IMG/VR virus record: IMGVR_UViG_3300023500_000004
Location: 1 to 57,820 of that record
Direction: 5' to 3' (one strand)
Source: a virus
Taxonomy: Duplodnaviria; Caudoviricetes
Length of the DNA: 57,820 nt
Shown piece by piece: positions 44,231 to 54,516 of this stretch. The notes beneath the pieces are model-generated. The model had not been told where the DNA came from. It ran no database searches and saw only the letters and a program-made list of their open reading frames with translations. How positions within the stretch are numbered: the stretch's first letter is position 1; each line of letters begins with the position of its first letter. A program made the position numbers and the translations under genes.

Positions 44231-45485
44231 GGTTTTTGAGCCGTTATTACACCCTAGTCGATACAAGGGCGCATGGGGTGGGCGCGGTAGCGGTAAATCA
44301 AACTTTTTCGCTGAAAAGCTTATTGATGATTCGTTGTATGAAAAGGGACTTCGTTCCGTTTGCATTCGTGAAGTTCAAAAAACTCTAAAACAATCATCCA
44401 AAAAACTTATTGAAGATAAACTCATTGACTTAAGATTAGGCGAGGCTGATGGCTTTAAGGTGTTTAAGGAGGTCATAGAAACACCAAATGATGGGATGAT
44501 AATCTTTCAAGGGATGCAAGACCATACAGCCGAGTCAATAAAATCATTAGAAGGTTTTGGTCGCGCATGGGTTGAAGAGGCACAAACATTATCTGCGACA
44601 TCGTTAAGATTATTAAGGCCGACAATAAGAAGTGAAGGGTCAGAACTGTGGTTTAGCTGGAACCCGCGAAGAAAGACTGATCCTGTAGACGTATTGTTGA
44701 GGCAAGGCCAACCACCCACAAATTCAACTATTGTTAAAGCCAATTGGTCAGACAATCCTTGGTTTCCTTCTGTGCTAGAACAGGAGCGCATTGATTGCTT
44801 AAACAATAATCCTGATGAGTACGATCACGTTTGGGATGGTGGTTATGCAACGGTAACGGAAGGCGCTTATTTTGCTAAACATTTAGCCAAGGCCAAACAA
44901 GAGGGCAGAATAGGGCGTGTCGCACCTGATCCATTGATGACTATTAGGTTATTTGCAGATATCGGTGGGACGGGCGCAAAGGCCGATGCTTTTACGTTAT
45001 GGGCCGCTCAGTTTATCGGTAAAGAAATTCGAGTTATAAATTACTATGAAGTACAGGGTCAATCACTCGAAGCTCATTTAGCATGGATGCGTGAAAATGA
45101 TTATTCGCCTAGTAAAGCTCAAATATGGCTTCCTCACGATGGGAAAACCAATGACCGTGTTTATGATGTATCATATGAGAGCGCATTTAAGAGTGCGGGT
45201 TATAATGTTACGGTTATCCCAAACCAAGGTAAAGGCGCGGCCAAAGCTAGGGTTGAGGAAGTTAGGCGGTTATTCCCTAATATGTGGTTTGATGCTGAAA
45301 AGTGTGCCGGTGGCATAGATGCGTTAGGCTGGTATCATGAGAAGAAAGATGAAGTGAGAAATATTGGTTTAGGGCCGGAACATGACTGGGCTTCGCATGG
45401 TGCGGACGCTTTTGGCCTAATGGCTGTGTCGAACTCGCTACAAGAACCTATAAGCGAAACAATAACTTTTGAATCGGAGTGGTGA
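44202..45485 (+). CDS. terL: Terminase large subunit, PBSX/Terminase_3 family (segment B)
   Basis: GGRGSGKS Walker A, WVEEA Walker B, SWNP, LPHDG, SHGADAF. Confidence 0.93.
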   Translation: MSVLQIPTAEVFEPLLHPSRYKGAWGGRGSGKSNFFAEKLIDDSLYEKGLRSVCIREVQKTLKQSSKKLIEDKLIDLRLGEADGFKVFKEVIETPNDGMIIFQGMQDHTAESIKSLEGFGRAWVEEAQTLSATSLRLLRPTIRSEGSELWFSWNPRRKTDPVDVLLRQGQPPTNSTIVKANWSDNPWFPSVLEQERIDCLNNNPDEYDHVWDGGYATVTEGAYFAKHLAKAKQEGRIGRVAPDPLMTIRLFADIGGTGAKADAFTLWAAQFIGKEIRVINYYEVQGQSLEAHLAWMRENDYSPSKAQIWLPHDGKTNDRVYDVSYESAFKSAGYNVTVIPNQGKGAAKARVEEVRRLFPNMWFDAEKCAGGIDALGWYHEKKDEVRNIGLGPEHDWASHGADAFGLMAVSNSLQEPISETITFESEW

Positions 45486-47635
45486 TGGCTACTAATGAAG
45501 AAATACATAAAAGGGCGCTAGAGCGATTTCAGCTAGTAGAAGGCAAAGAGCGCAATCAAAGGCGTTTAGCGGTTGAAGATATTAAGTTCGCTCAAACTGA
45601 GGATGGCCAGTGGGACGAGGGGGCTATCACTAAAAGAGCGGGGCGGCCACGTTATACTATTAATAGAGTTGCAGGTGCTATTGACCAGTTAATTGGCGAC
45701 CAGCGGCAAAATCGTACAGATATTAAGATACGCCCTGTTTCTGGCGGATCGACTGAGGATGTTGCTAAGACTATGACCGGCCTTATTCGCAATATTGAAA
45801 GCCAAAGTAAGGCCAGCAATGCTTATGATAATGCTTTTGATGAAACGACTAACGGAGGTTACGGTGGTTGGCGTGTTATCACAGAGTTTAATGATGACGA
45901 TGTTTTCGAGCAAGACGCTAAGATTAAGCCAATACTTGGAGCAACAACTTCTTTATGGTTTGATCCAAGTGCCAAAGAATATGATAAACGTGATGCTAAC
46001 TGGGCTTTTTTAACTATTGATATGAGTGTTGAAGAGCATAAAGATAGGTTCCCTGATTCAGCGGTAAGCGATTTCAGTCAAGAGCAATTCAATCAAAATT
46101 TATGCAGAGACTGGTTTACACAAAGCACAGTGAAAGTGGCTGAATATTGGGTTAAAACGCCCGTTAATAAAAACATAGGGTTGTTATCTGACGGACGTGT
46201 CATTGATCTTGACGAAGAAAAAGAAGTACTAGACGAATTAGAAGCGCAAGGGATTACAGTCGTTAAGCAGCGCACAGCTAAAAGCCACATTGTAGAAATG
46301 TATTTAATAGATGGCTCAGGAATTTTAGTTGATGCTAAAAGATGGGCGGGTAAATTTATCCCACTTATTCCTGTGTTTGGGCGTCAATCATTTATAGAAG
46401 GGCGCGAATATACAAGGGGAATTGTTAGATTTGCTAAAGATGCAAACAGAATTTATAACTATACGACCAGCGCAGCAATTGAAACAGCGGCTTTAACGCC
46501 TAAAGATCCTTACTGGTATACGCCAGCAATGATAAAAGGGCATGAGTCAAAGTATAGAAACTTTAATACCTCTAATAGTCCATTTATGCCGTATAACCCT
46601 GACCCACAAGTCGGCGGCCCACCTCAAAGAAGTGGAGCGCCCGCTGTTCAAGGTGCATTTATACAGCAGATACAACAAGCCAGCATGGATTTGTATCATG
46701 TCACTGGTATGCAGCCACCAAGTTTAGGCGCTAATCCTGAATTAAAGAGCGGTAAAGCAATCCAAGCTCAAGAGCGTTTGGGTGATCGAGGCTCTTATAT
46801 ATTCAGTGATAACCTATCAAAATCTATTGAATATACAGCGGAAATATTAGTAGATTTGTTGCCCAAGATTTACGACACAAGACGACAAATTAGAATCATG
46901 TCCCAAGATGGCGAAACTGAGCAAGTATTTATTAATGATGAAGTGATCGACAATCAAACAGGTGATAAAGTTTTGGTTAATGATTTATCGTTAGGTAAGT
47001 ATGACGTAGTAGCAGAAACCGGCCCAGCGTTTGCAACACAGCGCCAAGAGTCGGCACAACAGATTATAGAGTTGATTGGAACATCACCAACATTTGAAAA
47101 TCTAGCAATGGATCTAGTCGCCAAAGACTTACCTATTCTTGAGTCTAAAGAGCTAACCAAGCGTGTTAGAAAGATCATGATTAAGCAGGGCGTAGTTGAG
47201 CCAACCGAAGAAGAGGTTAAAGATTTAGGTTTAGATCAGCCGCAACAGCCGGACCCACAGCAGTCGGCTATCACAGAAAATATTCAAATACAGACCGAGA
47301 AGTTAATAAGTGATATTGAAAATCAGGATGCTAAGACGCTTAAAACAACGATTGATACGCAGAATTCAACAATTAAAGCTTATCAAGATTTGATGAATGC
47401 TTATAAGATACAGGCAGAAACGGGAATCCCTTTCACAGAGGATGACCACCATATCAGGGTTAAGCAGCAAGATATTATAGAAGAGGCGCAGCAACAAATT
47501 GAAGAAGGCCCAAACAAAGAACAGCTAGAAAGCATTGTCCAAGACCAGGGCGAAAGCGGAGAGATTGAAGGAAAGCGAAGATTAACTGTTGAGCAGCCAA
47601 GTGCTAGCGTTGGCCAAGATAGTTTAAATCAATGA
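45485..47635 (+). CDS. Portal protein, P22 gp1-like
   Basis: ~716 aa; QW...R.GRP..TINR, FIPLIPVFG, SGKAI, GKYDV....GP.F.TQR. Confidence 0.9.
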   Translation: MATNEEIHKRALERFQLVEGKERNQRRLAVEDIKFAQTEDGQWDEGAITKRAGRPRYTINRVAGAIDQLIGDQRQNRTDIKIRPVSGGSTEDVAKTMTGLIRNIESQSKASNAYDNAFDETTNGGYGGWRVITEFNDDDVFEQDAKIKPILGATTSLWFDPSAKEYDKRDANWAFLTIDMSVEEHKDRFPDSAVSDFSQEQFNQNLCRDWFTQSTVKVAEYWVKTPVNKNIGLLSDGRVIDLDEEKEVLDELEAQGITVVKQRTAKSHIVEMYLIDGSGILVDAKRWAGKFIPLIPVFGRQSFIEGREYTRGIVRFAKDANRIYNYTTSAAIETAALTPKDPYWYTPAMIKGHESKYRNFNTSNSPFMPYNPDPQVGGPPQRSGAPAVQGAFIQQIQQASMDLYHVTGMQPPSLGANPELKSGKAIQAQERLGDRGSYIFSDNLSKSIEYTAEILVDLLPKIYDTRRQIRIMSQDGETEQVFINDEVIDNQTGDKVLVNDLSLGKYDVVAETGPAFATQRQESAQQIIELIGTSPTFENLAMDLVAKDLPILESKELTKRVRKIMIKQGVVEPTEEEVKDLGLDQPQQPDPQQSAITENIQIQTEKLISDIENQDAKTLKTTIDTQNSTIKAYQDLMNAYKIQAETGIPFTEDDHHIRVKQQDIIEEAQQQIEEGPNKEQLESIVQDQGESGEIEGKRRLTVEQPSASVGQDSLNQ

Positions 47636-47703
47636 AAATATGATATACAATAGTAAAAACGCATACGTCAAGCGATATTGACGGCTAAAATCAACCGAAA
47701 GGT
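47623..47703 (+). promoter_or_regulatory. Scaffold gene leader: possible promoter and two hairpins
   Basis: TTTAAA-17-TACAAT; CGTCAA-GCGATA-TTGACG (47666-83); ACC-GAAA-GGT over the RBS. Confidence 0.45.
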
Positions 47704-47708
47704 GTGTT

Positions 47709-48449
47709 ATGCCAGAAGAGCAAGAGCAAGCTGCACTTACTGAGGATGAAGTTTTAGATAACTCAATCTCAGAGGAAATAGCGGAGTCAGCGCCCGTTGA
47801 AGAAAAGGAAGTTGAAGAAGTTAAGCCCGTTGAAGAAGATGGTTTTCAGAAGCGGATTAACAAAGTTACAGCAGATAAATATGCTGAGAAACGTCGAGCG
47901 GACGAACTGCAAAAAAAGCTAGATGAAGTTAGTCAGAGACCTAAAGAAGAGGCTAAAGACGAACCAAGTTTAGAGAACTTTGATTATGATGATTCGGCCT
48001 ATCAAGCCGCATTGATTGATTACAAAGTAAATAAAGCAGTTCAAGACCAAGAGACTAGAGCTAGAGAAGCGGCTCATGCAATTAGCGCACAAGAAAGCCA
48101 AAAGGTTTTTAATGATCGCATTGCAGAGTTAAACAAACCTGATTTTGCTGAGGTTGCTAATAACGTTCCAGAACTACCACAAGGTGTTGCTGACGCATTA
48201 GTACAGAGCGAAAACGGGGCTGAACTAATCTACCACTTGGGGACGCATCTTGATTTAGCGGATAAGCTTTCGGGCATGTCGTCAAATCAGGCAATGATGG
48301 AACTTGGTAAAATATCTGCAAATATGAATACTAAATCAGAAATTAAACAAAGTGCAGCACCCGAACCGATAGAGCCGATTACCTCCGGTGGCGGATCGCT
48401 TAAGAAAGACTTAGGCGAGATGTCAATGGAAGAGATCTATAACTCTTGA
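47709..48449 (+). CDS. Scaffolding protein (segment B)
   Basis: Acidic N-terminus, QKRINK coiled coil, G.ELIYHLG, S.APEPI.P motifs. Confidence 0.85.
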   Translation: MPEEQEQAALTEDEVLDNSISEEIAESAPVEEKEVEEVKPVEEDGFQKRINKVTADKYAEKRRADELQKKLDEVSQRPKEEAKDEPSLENFDYDDSAYQAALIDYKVNKAVQDQETRAREAAHAISAQESQKVFNDRIAELNKPDFAEVANNVPELPQGVADALVQSENGAELIYHLGTHLDLADKLSGMSSNQAMMELGKISANMNTKSEIKQSAAPEPIEPITSGGGSLKKDLGEMSMEEIYNS

Positions 48450-48475
48450 CGCGAAGGTCTCAGGAGAATTAGCAA

Positions 48476-49699
48476 ATGGCTAACAATTTTAAGAATACCA
48501 GTCTTGTCACCAAGATTGCAGTAAAAGAGTTTCTAAACTCCCTAGTAATGGGGCAAAAGGTTGACCGTCAACTAGACAGTCAATTCCAAAAAGTAGGCGC
48601 TTCAATTCAAGTTCGTCGCCCTGTTATGTTTACCGCTTCAAGTGGTGCAACATTGGGGACGGCTACAGATATTGAAGAACGTGCCGCAACCGTCACACTA
48701 GATCAACGTCAAAAAGTACATTTTGAGGTAACTTCTCAGGATATGACTTTAAGCGTTGAAGATATGACCTCTCGATTTATTCGTCCAGCTATGGAAGAAC
48801 TAGCGCAAAAAGTCGAGACTGATATTGGTGGTATTTATACCGATATCGGTAACTTTTCAGGTACAGCCGGAACCACTCCAACAACTTTCTTATCTGTCGC
48901 AACCGCTGGGGCGGTATTAAGCAAGTTAGGCGTCCCAATGGAAAGCCGCTCATTATTTGTTAATGCCGATGCATCAGTTGCGCTCTCAGACGGATTGAAA
49001 ACAGTATTCCCGTCTGATATTGCTAAAAAAGCAATTGAAGAAGCAATGGTCGGGCGATATGGTAGATTTGATATCTTTGAGTCTAACTCAGGGTCGACGC
49101 ATATTGTCGGGGTTGCGACTGGTACGCCATTGATTAATGGTGCGTCTCAAAACACTACTTATGCAGCTAGTGGTGATGCTTGGAATCAAGCACTTGCAAC
49201 AGATGGATGGACTAACTCAACTACAGGCATTTTGTTAGCAGGTGATGTTATCACTATTGCTGGTGTAAATTCTGTTAATCGACGAACACGGGTTGATACT
49301 GGCGCCCTTCAAACGTTTACAGTAACAGCAGACGCGAATAGTGGTGCTACTACCGGCCCAGCTAGTTTAACGGTAAGCCCCCCACTTATTACAAGTGGCC
49401 CTTATCAAACTGTTACAGCAGCACCAGCAGACGGTGCGGTTATCACAGTTAAGACCGGCGCAGGTGGTTCTAGTCATCCTCAAAACTTGGGATTCCATAA
49501 GAATGCTATCACTTTAGCTATGGCCCCCCTTGATTTGCCAACAGATGGTGCAAGTGCAGCCCGTGAGAGCTTTAAAGGAATCTCTATTCGTTCAGTGCGT
49601 CAATATGACATTACGAATGATAAGACGGTTTTCCGTTTTGATATCCTTTACGGAATTAAGGCTCAAAACCCTGATTATGCAGTACGCTTAACAGGCTAG
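48476..49699 (+). CDS. Major capsid protein, P22 coat (gp5) family
   Basis: AGGAG RBS; KVG.SI.VR.P, AGDVITIAGV (I-domain), FHKNAITLAM..L, RFDILYG. Confidence 0.9.
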   Translation: MANNFKNTSLVTKIAVKEFLNSLVMGQKVDRQLDSQFQKVGASIQVRRPVMFTASSGATLGTATDIEERAATVTLDQRQKVHFEVTSQDMTLSVEDMTSRFIRPAMEELAQKVETDIGGIYTDIGNFSGTAGTTPTTFLSVATAGAVLSKLGVPMESRSLFVNADASVALSDGLKTVFPSDIAKKAIEEAMVGRYGRFDIFESNSGSTHIVGVATGTPLINGASQNTTYAASGDAWNQALATDGWTNSTTGILLAGDVITIAGVNSVNRRTRVDTGALQTFTVTADANSGATTGPASLTVSPPLITSGPYQTVTAAPADGAVITVKTGAGGSSHPQNLGFHKNAITLAMAPLDLPTDGASAARESFKGISIRSVRQYDITNDKTVFRFDILYGIKAQNPDYAVRLTG

Positions 49700-49712
49700 A
49701 TTTTCCCCTTTT

Positions 49713-49738
49713 AGCGCCCTTAATTGGGCGCTTTTTTT
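49713..49738 (+). terminator. Rho-independent terminator
   Basis: AGCGCCC-TTAATT-GGGCGCT followed by T-run. Confidence 0.85.
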
Positions 49739-49760
49739 ACCCTCCCTCATGGTGTGACCA

Positions 49761-50126
49761 ATGAAAGATTTTAAGATGTGGGTTTACCACAAAACAGAAA
49801 CACCAAAAATAATCAACAGAAGTGAACTTGAAGAAAGCATAAAAGACGGCTGGCAAGAATCGCCCGCATGTTTTTTAGACCTTAAAGATATTGGCATAGA
49901 TAAAAATAAGATAAAAAAAGGGAACAAGAACGAAACACAAAAAGCACAGCAGGCTATTGAGGCTGTCGAAGGCATTGCACAAAGCATAAATAACGCGCTT
50001 AATATTGATGTGATGAATAAGAACGAACTAGAAACCTATATAAGCGAACATTACAGTATAGATTTAGATAAGAGAAAGACGTTAAAGAGTTTAAGGAAAC
50101 AAGCCAAAAAAATAGCAGGTGCATAG
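49761..50126 (+). CDS. Hypothetical protein after coat gene
   Basis: GW.ESPA motif; C-terminal M.K.EL..Y....Y.IDLDKRK helical motif. Confidence 0.7.
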   Translation: MKDFKMWVYHKTETPKIINRSELEESIKDGWQESPACFLDLKDIGIDKNKIKKGNKNETQKAQQAIEAVEGIAQSINNALNIDVMNKNELETYISEHYSIDLDKRKTLKSLRKQAKKIAGA

Positions 50127-50564
50127 ATGACCACAGCATTACAGATAATTAACGGCGCTACTGAAAAGCTAGGTGTAAAGACGGCTGAATCACCATTAGA
50201 AGCAGCAGACTTTCAGGTAACGCTTGATGAGATGAACGACATGCTTTCTGAATGGGCGGATGCTGGCTTAACTCCGAGCTTTATCGAAGTTAGCAATGGC
50301 TCAGATGTTGTTAATGTTGATCGTAATGCGGTGGGGGCGGTTAAAGATGCGCTCGCGCTTAGAATAGCGCCTAGTTTTCAGCGTTTAGTTACGCCAATGT
50401 TAGCGGCCATGGCAAGGCTATCAATGACTAGACTGGAGGCTTCAACTGATTTTATTGGCGAAGTGGAATACCCTGATACTATGCCAACCGGCTCAGGTAA
50501 TGATTGTTCAAATACTGCTATCAATAGACGCTTCTTTAAACAGAATAAAAAGGAAACGTTTTAA
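50127..50564 (+). CDS. Head-tail adaptor, P22 gp4-like
   Basis: LDEMNDMLSEW, LALRIAP, MPTGSGN motifs; synteny. Confidence 0.8.
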   Translation: MTTALQIINGATEKLGVKTAESPLEAADFQVTLDEMNDMLSEWADAGLTPSFIEVSNGSDVVNVDRNAVGAVKDALALRIAPSFQRLVTPMLAAMARLSMTRLEASTDFIGEVEYPDTMPTGSGNDCSNTAINRRFFKQNKKETF

Positions 50565-52021
50565 TGCCTCGTGTCCAATTACCGATACCTTTTAGCTTTT
50601 ATCAATCTGATAGCTTACCGTTATCGGCACAGCGTTGTATTAACTGGATACCAACCGTTGCCGAAACGAATGCTTTGAACGCTAGGTCATTGATGCAACC
50701 ATCCGGACTTAAAACATTTAAAGACACTCTATTGCATAAGAATAGAGGCGCTTTAGTAATGAAAGAAGTGCCTTATTTTGTTAATAGGAATACGCTTTTA
50801 TCGCTTGCTAGCGATGGCACAATTACAACTCACGGGACAATAGAAGGGACTGGCCGCGTATCTATGGCAAATAATGGTCAGTTTTTAGTGGTTGTTGTGC
50901 CAGCCGGTAAATCATACGTTTATGACAATGTAGCATTATCGTTAACGCAGATAACTGATGTTGATTTTAGAGTGTCGGATGCTGTTGTATTTAAAGATGG
51001 CTACTTTGTATTTTCTGAAACAGTTGGTGATGTTTTCTTTAATTCAGCTTTAAATAATCCGCTTGCTTTTAGTGCTTTAGATTTTGGGACGGCTGAAATT
51101 AATCCAGACAGCATAGTAGGCTTACATGTTAACCATAATGAATTATTTGTTTGTGGTTTAGAGACTATTGAGTTATTTCAGAACGTGGGCGGATCAGGGT
51201 TCCCATTCCAGCGGATTAATGGCGCTAATATTCAAAAAGGCGTACATGCTAAATTTTCATTGTTAGAATTCGATAATACATTTTGTTTTGTTGGTGGCGG
51301 CTTGAATGAAAAGTCAGCAATATGGAAGGTATCAGGTAGTTCAAGCGTTCAGAAAATAAGTACTGATGCTATTGATCATGAAATTCAGAAATTCACACGA
51401 GATGAAATATCAAATTCATTTGCAATGACCTATCAGGATTCAGGGCAATTTTTAGCCTTATTTACTTTCGAGTCAGAGCTCATACCTTCGCGGACATTTG
51501 TTTATAACGCTACAGCATCAGCACTACTTCAGCAGAGGGTTTGGTTTGAGGTTCAAACAGGCGTTTCAGATAATAGGTTTAGAGTTCAATCAATCGTAGC
51601 AGCGTATGGCAAATTACTGTGTGGAGATCAATCAACCGGCATTATCGGTGAGTTTGATTCTAATACTTTGGATTATTACGGTGATGAGATATATAGGCAG
51701 ATGACAACAGCGCCTTTTAGTGAAAATGGGTTGCCTATATTCGCTGGTGAATTAGAAGCTACGTTTGAAAGCGGTGTCGGTTTAACTACGGGCCAAGGAT
51801 CAGACCCAGTTGTTAGAATGAGGCTATCAGATGACGGAGGGCGCACTTTTGGCAATGCGATAAGCCGAAGTATCGGTAAAATAGGTAAATACGGTCAGAG
51901 ATCAATCTGGAGGCGTCAGGGCCGCTTTCCGGTATCTAGAATGATAAGGCTAACCATAACCGACAAGGTACGCGCCAACCTCATTAAACTAGCTGCTACT
52001 CCAGACTTAGGGGCTCAATAA
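50564..52021 (+). CDS. Tail hub / packaged DNA stabilisation protein, P22 gp10-like
   Basis: 485 aa beta-rich; GRVSMANNG, DGYFVF, SDDGGRTF, GKIGKY..R.IWRR.G. Confidence 0.88.
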   Translation: MPRVQLPIPFSFYQSDSLPLSAQRCINWIPTVAETNALNARSLMQPSGLKTFKDTLLHKNRGALVMKEVPYFVNRNTLLSLASDGTITTHGTIEGTGRVSMANNGQFLVVVVPAGKSYVYDNVALSLTQITDVDFRVSDAVVFKDGYFVFSETVGDVFFNSALNNPLAFSALDFGTAEINPDSIVGLHVNHNELFVCGLETIELFQNVGGSGFPFQRINGANIQKGVHAKFSLLEFDNTFCFVGGGLNEKSAIWKVSGSSSVQKISTDAIDHEIQKFTRDEISNSFAMTYQDSGQFLALFTFESELIPSRTFVYNATASALLQQRVWFEVQTGVSDNRFRVQSIVAAYGKLLCGDQSTGIIGEFDSNTLDYYGDEIYRQMTTAPFSENGLPIFAGELEATFESGVGLTTGQGSDPVVRMRLSDDGGRTFGNAISRSIGKIGKYGQRSIWRRQGRFPVSRMIRLTITDKVRANLIKLAATPDLGAQ

Positions 52022-52530
52022 TGGCTGAAATAATAGCACCAAGGCGGGGCCAGTTTTTAACAGAGAATGGATTACCGACACAACGTTTTGTTGAATATTT
52101 AGAGGCCCTGGCTACACAGACAAACGACACTACAACACAAAGTGATGTTTTTTCTGCATTAAGTAATTCGAGTTATGCAATTGCGGCATTAACTAAAAAG
52201 ATTAACGACATTGAATTACAATTTAGTTTTGCTAATGAAGCTAAGTTCTCAAATCTAGAAACAAAGCGCAAAATCGTTACGGTAACATCGAACTACACGA
52301 CTAAAGGCAATGAATTAGTAGTGGTTAATAGTCCGTCTTTAGTGACAATTGCACTAAACCCTAACGCTAATCGGAAAGAATCAGTGCAGATCATCCGGTT
52401 CGGCGCGGGTGGCGTTAATGTCACGGCTACTAAATTAATAAACGGGGCAGTATTGAAAACTATATTTAGAAGGTATACATCGCCGAATCATGTTTTTATT
52501 CCTGATGTAGATTCATGGGTGGTCATATGA
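52021..52530 (+). CDS. Tail needle-like protein (gp26 position)
   Basis: Short coiled-coil N-terminus plus beta-rich tip; follows gp10. Confidence 0.5.
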   Translation: MAEIIAPRRGQFLTENGLPTQRFVEYLEALATQTNDTTTQSDVFSALSNSSYAIAALTKKINDIELQFSFANEAKFSNLETKRKIVTVTSNYTTKGNELVVVNSPSLVTIALNPNANRKESVQIIRFGAGGVNVTATKLINGAVLKTIFRRYTSPNHVFIPDVDSWVVI

Positions 52531-53729
52531 GCGGTTATGAATTTGAGCCATTACCGTTAAGCGCGTTTGGTGATTTAAGAGTCATTAATTTATCGCCTAT
52601 ATTTCAATATTCATTTGAATATACTGTTAGCAATACAGATTTAATATTAAACACCCTTACTAATGGCGGTACGGTTACGCAAGCGAGCGCGATGGCTGTT
52701 GTTAGCTCATCTGCCACAACAGCAAGCACAGCGTTATTGCAATCTGTTAGGCATGCCAAATATATGGCTGGATTAGGTGCTTTGCTTAGATTCTCTTTAT
52801 TGTTAACAACGGGAGCAACTGGAACCGAGCAGTATGCCGGAATAACCGACGAGGTAGGAAGTTCAGCGGCATTTAAAAATGGCTTAGCAGTCGGTTTTGA
52901 TGGCGCTACGTTTGGTTTTCATAGGTTCGTTAATGATACGAAAGTCACTGTTAATCAGTCAGCATTCAATGGGGATACATTAGACGGTAATGGCTCAAGT
53001 GGTATGACTATAGATCATACTAAGCTAAACGTATGGCAGATAAGATACCAATATTTAGGGGCTGGTGAAATAGAATTATGCGTTGAAAACCCAGCTACTG
53101 GCAATTTTATAACTGTACACACTATACAATTTGCTAATAGCTCAATAACACCCTCATCTTTTAACCCTAATTATCGGTTTATGATGTTTGTTAATAATAA
53201 AGCTACGACGACAGATATTTTCGCCAAGTGTGCGTCATGTGCGTATTTCATAGAGGGTGATGTAGAATTCAAAGAGTTACAGCGGCCACAGTTTGGATCT
53301 GGCGAAAGACAGAAAACAGCAGTTACAGCAGAAGTGGCAATATGCACCATTAAGAATAAAACTACATACGCCAGTAAAACAAATTTCATTGATGCCTTGG
53401 TTGAGAATATTGGGCTAAGCATTGAAGCATCAAGTGCTAATAACTTAGGCAAGATTAGACTTGTTAGGAATGCCACTTTAGGCGGTACGCCTGTATTTAA
53501 TGATATTAATACTACTGACAGCATCATGAGTATTGATACAGCAGGAACAACAGTAACAGGTGGGAAAGAGCTTTTTACAGTTCCTCTAGCAGGTAAAAAT
53601 GATAGAGAAAGCTTAAACCTGATTGAGTATAAAATAATGCTCTTAGCGGGTGATACGATAACGGTGGCGGGTTCTAGTTCGAATAGTGCTACAATAAACA
53701 CCAGCCTACTTTGGAAGGAGTTGTTTTAA
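52527..53729 (+). CDS. Beta-rich putative virion protein
   Basis: SAFGDLRV, QYLGAG motifs; ATGA-coupled start; ends WKE. Confidence 0.6.
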   Translation: MSGYEFEPLPLSAFGDLRVINLSPIFQYSFEYTVSNTDLILNTLTNGGTVTQASAMAVVSSSATTASTALLQSVRHAKYMAGLGALLRFSLLLTTGATGTEQYAGITDEVGSSAAFKNGLAVGFDGATFGFHRFVNDTKVTVNQSAFNGDTLDGNGSSGMTIDHTKLNVWQIRYQYLGAGEIELCVENPATGNFITVHTIQFANSSITPSSFNPNYRFMMFVNNKATTTDIFAKCASCAYFIEGDVEFKELQRPQFGSGERQKTAVTAEVAICTIKNKTTYASKTNFIDALVENIGLSIEASSANNLGKIRLVRNATLGGTPVFNDINTTDSIMSIDTAGTTVTGGKELFTVPLAGKNDRESLNLIEYKIMLLAGDTITVAGSSSNSATINTSLLWKELF

Positions 53730-54061
53730 TGGCAACAACAGTCACGTTAATTGATGCAGATCAGCCAACAGTTACCACAGCGGTTGATTCGTATACTTCC
53801 CCTTCAACGGGCGGAGGCACTAGAATCATTGCTTTTACTGCTAGCTCAACGGCTGGCAATGCAACTGCTAGTTATAGGGTATTTATTGGACTAACTGCGA
53901 CAGATGCTACAGAGATTATACCTGCCATTAATATGGTTGCCCCTAGTCAAGATACACCATTTGAATTAATCGGGCATTTAATACCTGCTGGTGCTAAGTT
54001 GTTTGTTCAAGTTTCAGCCGCCAATACTATAACGTTTAGGGTTACAGGCATTGAGCTTTGA
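53729..54061 (+). CDS. Small beta-sandwich putative virion protein
   Basis: YTSP...ELIGHLI..G..L pattern; TAATG-coupled start. Confidence 0.6.
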   Translation: MATTVTLIDADQPTVTTAVDSYTSPSTGGGTRIIAFTASSTAGNATASYRVFIGLTATDATEIIPAINMVAPSQDTPFELIGHLIPAGAKLFVQVSAANTITFRVTGIEL

Positions 54062-54516
54062 TCTATTTAATTGAAGATATGGAAGCGGTTAAGAGTTTTA
54101 TGATGCGTCCAGAAATCTATCGTTATGCTGTTGAATTTGGTTGCAGAGTACAAGACCATTCCTTTATTAGTACTGATAGCGATTTTTGGTTATCATATAG
54201 ACAAGATAATGAATTAATAGGATTGATTAACGTGCATGTTATTACGGGGGCTATGTGTCAGTTTCACCCTTACATATTGCATAAACATAAAGATGGGTAC
54301 AATAGAATGGTGCTTGAATTCTTTAAAACATTTAAGGAAATTATGCCTGAAAACATGGCTAAACTTAATGCCTATATACCAGTTGTTTTTAATGGCGCAA
54401 TTAAGGCGGCTAAACAGGCTGGAATGGTTGAAGAAGGCATAGACAGACAAAGTTATCTAACATCCAAGGGCGCTATAGATCGTATAATGTTTGGAAAGCT
54501 TAGAGAGGATATGTAA
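54058..54516 (+). CDS. P22 gp14/DUF2824-like GNAT-fold protein
   Basis: FHPYIL, G.VEEGIDRQSY....G..D motif; precedes ejection genes. Confidence 0.7.
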   Translation: MIYLIEDMEAVKSFMMRPEIYRYAVEFGCRVQDHSFISTDSDFWLSYRQDNELIGLINVHVITGAMCQFHPYILHKHKDGYNRMVLEFFKTFKEIMPENMAKLNAYIPVVFNGAIKAAKQAGMVEEGIDRQSYLTSKGAIDRIMFGKLREDM

